Below, piece after piece: positions 58,842-64,000 of a DNA stretch of 64,000 nt (its first letter is position 1; the number at the start of each line of letters is the position of its first letter). The DNA comes from Gemmatimonadota bacterium (lineage in GTDB: Bacteria; Gemmatimonadota; Gemmatimonadetes; Palauibacterales; Palauibacteraceae). The stretch is from the NCBI GenBank assembly GCA_039589295.1, contig JBDHHR010000001.1, positions 127,558-191,557 on the forward strand, written 5' to 3'. Below the pieces are notes generated by a model. It was not told where the DNA came from. It worked only from the letters and a program-made list of their open reading frames with translations, and searched no databases. A program made the position numbers and the translations under genes.

Positions 58842-60568
58842 GTCGCGGCAGGTCGGAAGTCCAGGATGCGGGCCTGCAGTTCCCGGCGACCGTTCCACCG
58901 ATTCTCCGTAAGCTCGAAGGCCACATCTACCCTGTCGAGAGCCCGTGCCTCCGCGACACGTCGGCCGAGCCCGAAGCCGATGGCCGGGAGGCGTCCCCCT
59001 TCGCTCACCAGCTCCGCCCGCAGGTGCCCTCCGGCGGCTCCTACGCGGGCCGTCCTGCCCAGGCCCACACCCGGCACCATCAGCACCGGGCTGGGGTTCC
59101 CCGCCCCGAACGGGCCCAGGTGCGCGAGCCACCGCTGCAGCTCTCTCTGGACTCCCGCCAGCGGCAGGACCAGATCGAGTCGGAGCTCTTCCACGGCCTC
59201 ACGGTCTGACAGATCACGAGCGGCGAGCTCCAGCACGCGGCCAGCAAATTCCTCGATTCGGGAGCGCCTGATCGAGAGTCCGGCAGCCATCCGATGTCCA
59301 CCGAACCGCTCCAGCAGGTGCTCGCACTGGCGGAGAGCCTCGTACAGGTTGAAGCCTTCTACCGATCGTCCCGAACCGCGGCCGACCTCCCCATCGAACG
59401 TCACCACGACGGCCGGACAGTTGAGGCGCTCAACCAAGCGGGACGCTACGATCCCCACGACACCCGGATGCCATCCGTCTCCCCAAAGCACGACCGCCCG
59501 ATCGCGGCTCCCGTCGAACCGTGTCTCGAGCAGGGCCTCGACCTCCGCAAACACCCGACTATCGGTGAGACGCCGCTGCGCGTTCTGTTGATCCAGATGC
59601 TCCGCGAGCCTGTCGGCTTCCTCCTTGTCCTCCGTCACGAGGAGCTGCAGCCCGGCTTCGGGAGCTGCCATTCGTCCGACCGCGTTGAGGCGCGGTCCGA
59701 GACGGAAGGAGATGTGCTCGGCCTCTATCTCGCCTCCCGACGGTATCCCGACCCGCGCCAGCAGCGCACGAAGGCCAGGCTTTCGCGTCCGCGACAGCGC
59801 GCGCAGTCCGGCGCGCACCAGGATCCGGTTCTCGCCCAGGAGAGGCATCTGATCCGCCACCGTACCGACGGCCACAAGATCCAGGTGCTGATTCAACTCG
59901 GGATCAGGGATGCTGTAGCGGTCATACAGGACCGTGAGCAGCTTGAACACGACCCCGACCCCGGCCAGTCCACGGAAGGGGTAGCGGCTGTCGCGGCGGA
60001 CCGGGTTCACGACCGCAACGGCTTCCGGCAGGCGGTCGCCGGGTCTATGATGATCCGTAACCACTACGTCGATGCCGGATTCCCCCGCCTTTGCGACGGC
60101 GTCCACCGCCGTAACGCCGCAGTCGGCAGTGACGATCAACGTCGCCCCGGCGCTCCCGGCGCTGTCGAGGCCCGCCTCCGACAGGTCGTAGCCGTCACGT
60201 GTCCGGTGCGGAACGAAGGTCCGTATCCGTCCGCCCAGTCGCTGCAGCCCGCGCGTCAACAGGGCGGCCGCACACATTCCGTCGGCGTCGTAGTCGCCAT
60301 GGACCAGGATCGTCTCGGCGCCGGAGATGGCTCGCTGCACCCGCTCCACCGCCCGGCCGATGTCCGGCAGTTCACCGGGATCGTGAAGACCGGCGAGACT
60401 GGGTCGGAGGAATCTCCGTGCTTCCTCGAAGGTGGCCAGCCCCCGCCGCAGGAGGATGAGACACACGTCGTCCGGCAGCCCCAGCGCATCCGTTAGTTCG
60501 CGGACACTGTCCTCGCCCACCTGGGCCGGCTCTATCCATCTTTTGGGAGCCGCTGTCACCTGGCTCAT
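58838..60568 (-). CDS. recJ: Single-stranded-DNA-specific exonuclease RecJ
   Basis: DHH motifs (ILVHGDYDADGMCAAALL, VVVTDHH) and the DHHA1 domain. 576 aa. Confidence 0.9.
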   Translation of the reverse strand: MSQVTAAPKRWIEPAQVGEDSVRELTDALGLPDDVCLILLRRGLATFEEARRFLRPSLAGLHDPGELPDIGRAVERVQRAISGAETILVHGDYDADGMCAAALLTRGLQRLGGRIRTFVPHRTRDGYDLSEAGLDSAGSAGATLIVTADCGVTAVDAVAKAGESGIDVVVTDHHRPGDRLPEAVAVVNPVRRDSRYPFRGLAGVGVVFKLLTVLYDRYSIPDPELNQHLDLVAVGTVADQMPLLGENRILVRAGLRALSRTRKPGLRALLARVGIPSGGEIEAEHISFRLGPRLNAVGRMAAPEAGLQLLVTEDKEEADRLAEHLDQQNAQRRLTDSRVFAEVEALLETRFDGSRDRAVVLWGDGWHPGVVGIVASRLVERLNCPAVVVTFDGEVGRGSGRSVEGFNLYEALRQCEHLLERFGGHRMAAGLSIRRSRIEEFAGRVLELAARDLSDREAVEELRLDLVLPLAGVQRELQRWLAHLGPFGAGNPSPVLMVPGVGLGRTARVGAAGGHLRAELVSEGGRLPAIGFGLGRRVAEARALDRVDVAFELTENRWNGRRELQARILDFRPAAT

Positions 60569-60637
60569 ATCCAGCTGCCAGTCCTCGATGGCCTGCTCCG
60601 ACGCAGATCATGTGGATCGCCCGCGACCGCTCGCATC

Positions 60638-61396
60638 TCACTCCTCCACGTGCAGGATCACTCCGCATGCCTGGCAGACGACGAGATCCCGGCCGGATTT
60701 GATCTCCGCCTGCGTCTGAAGCGGAATGGCTGTATAACAATTCCCGCACACGCTTTCCACCAGCGGAGCCAGCGTGTTCGCCGCGCGGCCGGCGCGAACG
60801 CGATCGTACAGCGAGCGCGCCTCGTGGTCGATTCGCAGGGCCTGGTTCTCGCGGCCGTCGAGGTGGACCGCGAGAGACTCCTGCAGCTCCTTCCTGCGGG
60901 CTGCAATCTCATCCTTCCGCCGACTGTGGCCATCGCGGACCTCCCGCAGGTTCTCCTCCGCGTCCGAGAGTGCGTCCCGCGCCCTTTCCTGATCCTGCAT
61001 GGCGTCCAGCGTCTGGTCTTCCGCCGCAACCAGGTTAAGCCTGGCCGCATCGACCTCGACCCGGGCTGCCATGTGCTCCCGCATATTGTGCACTTCCTGC
61101 GCTCGGGTCTGGAGGCGCTTCAGGGTTGCCCGCCCGGCCTGTACGGTTCGTTCAAAGCGTCTGAGCTCCGTTTCCACCTCCGTCAGCCGCGACCGGTACT
61201 CGGCCTCCTGTTTCTCCAGCTGCAGGATCTGCTCGTCCAGCGCCTCTTCCTCGACATCCAGAGCCCGCAACTCGGACCGGGCCCGGCCGATCTGGGTGTC
61301 CAGCTCCTGGAGACTGAGCAACGCATCTATCCTCTCGCTTCCCATCGCCTCTCCATTGCCAACTGCCATTCGCTCTCCATGTCTTGCGTCCGCCAT
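60638..61396 (-). CDS. Coiled-coil protein with C-terminal C4 zinc ribbon (COG1579-like)
   Basis: Long heptad-rich region and a C-terminal CGNCYTAIPLQTQAEIKSGRDLVVCQACGVIL. Confidence 0.7.
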   Translation of the reverse strand: MADARHGERMAVGNGEAMGSERIDALLSLQELDTQIGRARSELRALDVEEEALDEQILQLEKQEAEYRSRLTEVETELRRFERTVQAGRATLKRLQTRAQEVHNMREHMAARVEVDAARLNLVAAEDQTLDAMQDQERARDALSDAEENLREVRDGHSRRKDEIAARRKELQESLAVHLDGRENQALRIDHEARSLYDRVRAGRAANTLAPLVESVCGNCYTAIPLQTQAEIKSGRDLVVCQACGVILHVEE

Positions 61397-61399
61397 TCG

Positions 61400-63211
61400 C
61401 TATCGAGTCGGCGATGGCGTCGCCTCCGAATACCGGCGCAGGAAACTGAGGGGAACGCCGGCCTCCCTCAACTCCCTGGCGATTTGTTCCTTCTCCACCA
61501 GGAGTTCCCGGGCCTGCTCCTCCTCGGCGATCTTCAATTCGCGGTCGATGTGTGCCAGCCGCTCGATCCGGTCCCGGTAGACGAGCCTGCGTACCGTCTC
61601 GGCGAACACGTCTGCGGGATGGACGAATTCCGTCGAATCGGCCGACAGCCCATCCCATAGCCGTGCGGCGCTCTCATCCAGGCGTCTGCCCGGCTCCTCC
61701 GACTGACCCCTCTCCGCTTCCGCGAGCAACGCTCCATAGACGGCCCTCGCCCTGGCGTCCCGAAAGTGCGTCGCCGCCAGTCCCTGCTCCGCGGCGGCTG
61801 TAATGAGGGCGGGGTCGCGTCGAAGGAGGATGAGCAGCGTCCTCTCTGCCGCCGTCTCCGCATCCGGCGGCCTCGTCGTGCCGGGCCGCCGTCCCTGCAC
61901 CCGCCCCGGTACGGCTCGGCGCTCAGGGCGCCATCTGGCTACCTCGCTCACCAGCGTCTCCCGCCGCACACCGGTGCGCTCGGACGCCTGGTTCAGGTAG
62001 ATGTCCAGCAGGGCGGGGTCCTTCACCGACCTGAGGGTGCTCAGCAGTCCGTCCACTGCTCGGCGACGCCCCTCGATGCTTTCGAGGTAGCCCTGCCGCT
62101 CCAGAATCTGGAGCTTGCGCTCGAGGACATCCACAGCGTCATCGATGTAGCGCCTGAGCTCGTCCGGACTCTTGTGGCGCAACAGCGAATCGGGATCTTC
62201 GCCGGGCGGAAAACTTACTACCATCGGGTGCACACCGGCGGCGAGCAGCGCGTCCGCTGCCCGGAAAGTGGCCCGCAGTCCGGCCGCGTCGCTGTCGTAC
62301 AGCAGGTAGGATCTCTTTCCGTACCGCGCCAGCAATGCGGCCTGCTCGTCCGTCAGCGCTGTTCCGAGTGCCGCAACCCCCGTTCGGAAGCCTTTCGCAT
62401 GGAGTGACAGCACATCCATGTATCCTTCGGCTACCAGGCTGTAGCCCTCGCGCCGAATGCTGTGCCGAGCCCAGCTTAAACCATACAGGGAGCGGCCCTT
62501 GTGGAAGATCGGCGTCTCGGGGGAATTGATGTACTTCGGGGTGTGCTCGTCCGCCGCTCCCAGCACCCGTCCCCCGAAGGCGATCGGCCTGTCTCGCAGA
62601 TCCCGGATGGAGAAGACCAAACGACTGCGGAACCGGTCGTATGGCTCCTCCGCTCGGTCGCTGGTTGTCACCAAGCCCGCCTCGAGCAGCGCGTCCTCCT
62701 CGATCCCTCTGGCCACGGCGGCTTTCCGCAGATCCCGCCATGCGTCCGGCGCGTAGCCCAAGCCGAAGCGCTCCGCCTCCTCCAGACCGACTCCGCGGGA
62801 TGACAGGTACTCGCGAGCCGGTGCACCCACATCTGCATCATGCAGTTGAGCTCCGAACCATTCCTCCGCGAAGGCCGTGACCTCGCGCAGATACGCATAC
62901 GGGTCCTCCCGACCCACTCCCTCTTCGGGAATCTCCACACCGACGCGGGTCGCCAGGTGGCGGACAGCCGACGGAAAGTCGAAGCCGAGATGCTTCATAA
63001 GGAAACCGAAGACGTCTCCGCCCTCACCGCATACGAAACATTTGAAGATTCCCCGCACCGGGTCGACGGAGAAGTTCGGCCCCTCTCCGCCATGCAGCGG
63101 ACAGGGGCCGCGGTAGGTCTTTCCGGATTTCTTCAGCGAGACGTACTCGCTACACACCTCTAGGATATCGGCTCGTTCCCTGATCTCCTGGACCAGGGCA
63201 TCGCTCACCAT
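61400..63211 (-). CDS. dnaG: DNA primase
   Basis: Zinc-binding CPLHGGEGPNFSVDPVRGIFKCFVCGEGGD, a TOPRIM domain and a C-terminal helicase-interaction region. 603 aa. Confidence 0.95.
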   Translation of the reverse strand: MVSDALVQEIRERADILEVCSEYVSLKKSGKTYRGPCPLHGGEGPNFSVDPVRGIFKCFVCGEGGDVFGFLMKHLGFDFPSAVRHLATRVGVEIPEEGVGREDPYAYLREVTAFAEEWFGAQLHDADVGAPAREYLSSRGVGLEEAERFGLGYAPDAWRDLRKAAVARGIEEDALLEAGLVTTSDRAEEPYDRFRSRLVFSIRDLRDRPIAFGGRVLGAADEHTPKYINSPETPIFHKGRSLYGLSWARHSIRREGYSLVAEGYMDVLSLHAKGFRTGVAALGTALTDEQAALLARYGKRSYLLYDSDAAGLRATFRAADALLAAGVHPMVVSFPPGEDPDSLLRHKSPDELRRYIDDAVDVLERKLQILERQGYLESIEGRRRAVDGLLSTLRSVKDPALLDIYLNQASERTGVRRETLVSEVARWRPERRAVPGRVQGRRPGTTRPPDAETAAERTLLILLRRDPALITAAAEQGLAATHFRDARARAVYGALLAEAERGQSEEPGRRLDESAARLWDGLSADSTEFVHPADVFAETVRRLVYRDRIERLAHIDRELKIAEEEQARELLVEKEQIARELREAGVPLSFLRRYSEATPSPTR

Positions 63212-63274
63212 CGCGAATCCCCGTCCGTCGGCGCTGGCGGCCCTTCACATTTCACGACACGTCCAAACGATCGT

Positions 63275-64000
63275 TCAACCATCTTCCTTTCCGAACTCCA
63301 CCACGGTAACGCCCGATCCCCCCTCCTCGAAAGCGCCGTCCCGGAATCGAGAGATTCTGGGGTCACTCCCCAAAACGCGACGTACCTCTTCCCGAAGGGC
63401 GCCGGTGCCTTTGCCGTGGATCACCCTGAGGCTGGGCAAATCACTCACGTAGGCGGCATCGACGGCAGTCGAAAGGTAAGCCTCTATCTCTTCCACCCTT
63501 GATCCTCGCAGGTCCACTTCGGTACGGGGCGTGAGCTCAGGCAGGCGTGACGAGGACGGCCGCGGCGCTTGCGGCACGTGCGTGGCATCCATTCTCTCGA
63601 GGTCCCTTGCTGGCAGAGTGAATCTCATTCCGCCCGACTCGAGGACGATCTCGTCCCCGCACACTTCCGCTACCCGGCCGGCGACCCCGAGCGACCCGGA
63701 GCGCACCCGGTCGCCCGCCGCCAGTTCCGGCTCGGTCACACCGCCGTTCTCGGCGGCAGGTCTTCTCCCCTTCGCTTCCCGAAGCAGGCGTTCCACCTCT
63801 GCCCTCGCTTCACGGACTGCCAGATCCACCGACTCGACGTCCGAGACCCCGGGCGGCTTGCTGGCCTCCAGTACCTGGGCCCGGAGCCGGTCGATCACCT
63901 GCGCGACTTCCCCGCGCGCGGCCAGCAAGTACCGCTCAGCGCGACTGACGGACTCCTCTTCGATCTCCGCCTCCCGACGTCTGAGGTCGTCTTCCATGTC
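63275..64000 (-). CDS. mutS2: Endonuclease MutS2, C-terminal part (Smr domain). The gene continues beyond the window end.
   Basis: The C-terminal Smr domain (VDLRGSRVEEIEAYLSTAVDAAYVSDLPSLRVIHGKGTGALREEVRRVLG) is preceded by a coiled-coil/KOW-like region. The reading frame is open to position 64000. Confidence 0.7.
   Translation of the reverse strand, partial: DMEDDLRRREAEIEEESVSRAERYLLAARGEVAQVIDRLRAQVLEASKPPGVSDVESVDLAVREARAEVERLLREAKGRRPAAENGGVTEPELAAGDRVRSGSLGVAGRVAEVCGDEIVLESGGMRFTLPARDLERMDATHVPQAPRPSSSRLPELTPRTEVDLRGSRVEEIEAYLSTAVDAAYVSDLPSLRVIHGKGTGALREEVRRVLGSDPRISRFRDGAFEEGGSGVTVVEFGKEDG

Overview
This is a high-GC (roughly 65-70%) bacterial chromosomal segment of about 64 kb. Nearly every confident gene lies on the minus strand in tightly packed, often 4-nt-overlapping (ATGA/GTGA) strings. 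Content is mostly housekeeping. The window begins with a partial alanine dehydrogenase and an M16 peptidase. It then runs through the classic rimP-nusA-ylxQ(L7Ae)-infB-DUF503-rbfA-truB-ribF-rpsO-pnp cluster, followed by yfiH/pgeF and murA. A short plus-strand island carries a P-II-like protein, a DUF948-like membrane protein and a secreted Zn-PLC/P1-nuclease-fold protein. Next come serS, an orphan sensor histidine kinase and uvrD, all translationally coupled. These are followed by a lipoprotein, then a mannose-1-phosphate guanylyltransferase, an LbH nucleotidyltransferase and an MBL hydrolase. The rseP-dxr-cdsA-uppS-thiI block and msrPQ come next, then two adjacent CAT-anticodon tRNAs (the second looks truncated), eno-ftsB, a frameshifted band-7 gene, plsC, thiL, a secreted beta-propeller protein and nnr. 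After three small or odd ORFs come glyA and a Rex-headed string: rex, a DnaQ-like exonuclease, an MBL hydrolase, thiolase, bioY, a CPBP protease, hbd, an acyl-CoA dehydrogenase and a Leu/Val dehydrogenase. A perfect Rex operator sits upstream of rex. Further on are ksgA, a partner-switching module (STAS antagonist, a pseudo-receiver fused to an RsbW-like kinase, and a GAF-PP2C phosphatase), then pta-coaD-rsmD-recJ, a C4 zinc-ribbon coiled-coil protein, dnaG and the 3' end of mutS2. I see no transposase, integrase, phage genes, CRISPR array or recognisable defence operon. Nor do I see a clear-cut novel multi-gene system. The most unusual items are the partner-switching module with a degenerate receiver, the P-II-like/DUF948/Zn-PLC island, the HK sandwiched between serS and uvrD, the Rex-box-headed NADH-linked operon, the truncated initiator-like tRNA, and several frameshifted or shortened genes. 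Lineage is uncertain. The Rex and DUF503 content, Sec signal peptides ending A-Q, the periplasmic MsrPQ and high GC suggest a Gram-negative-type high-GC phylum such as Gemmatimonadota or a similar lineage, but this is inference only. Many long antisense and N-terminally extended ORFs in the supplied track are high-GC artefacts and were trimmed or ignored.
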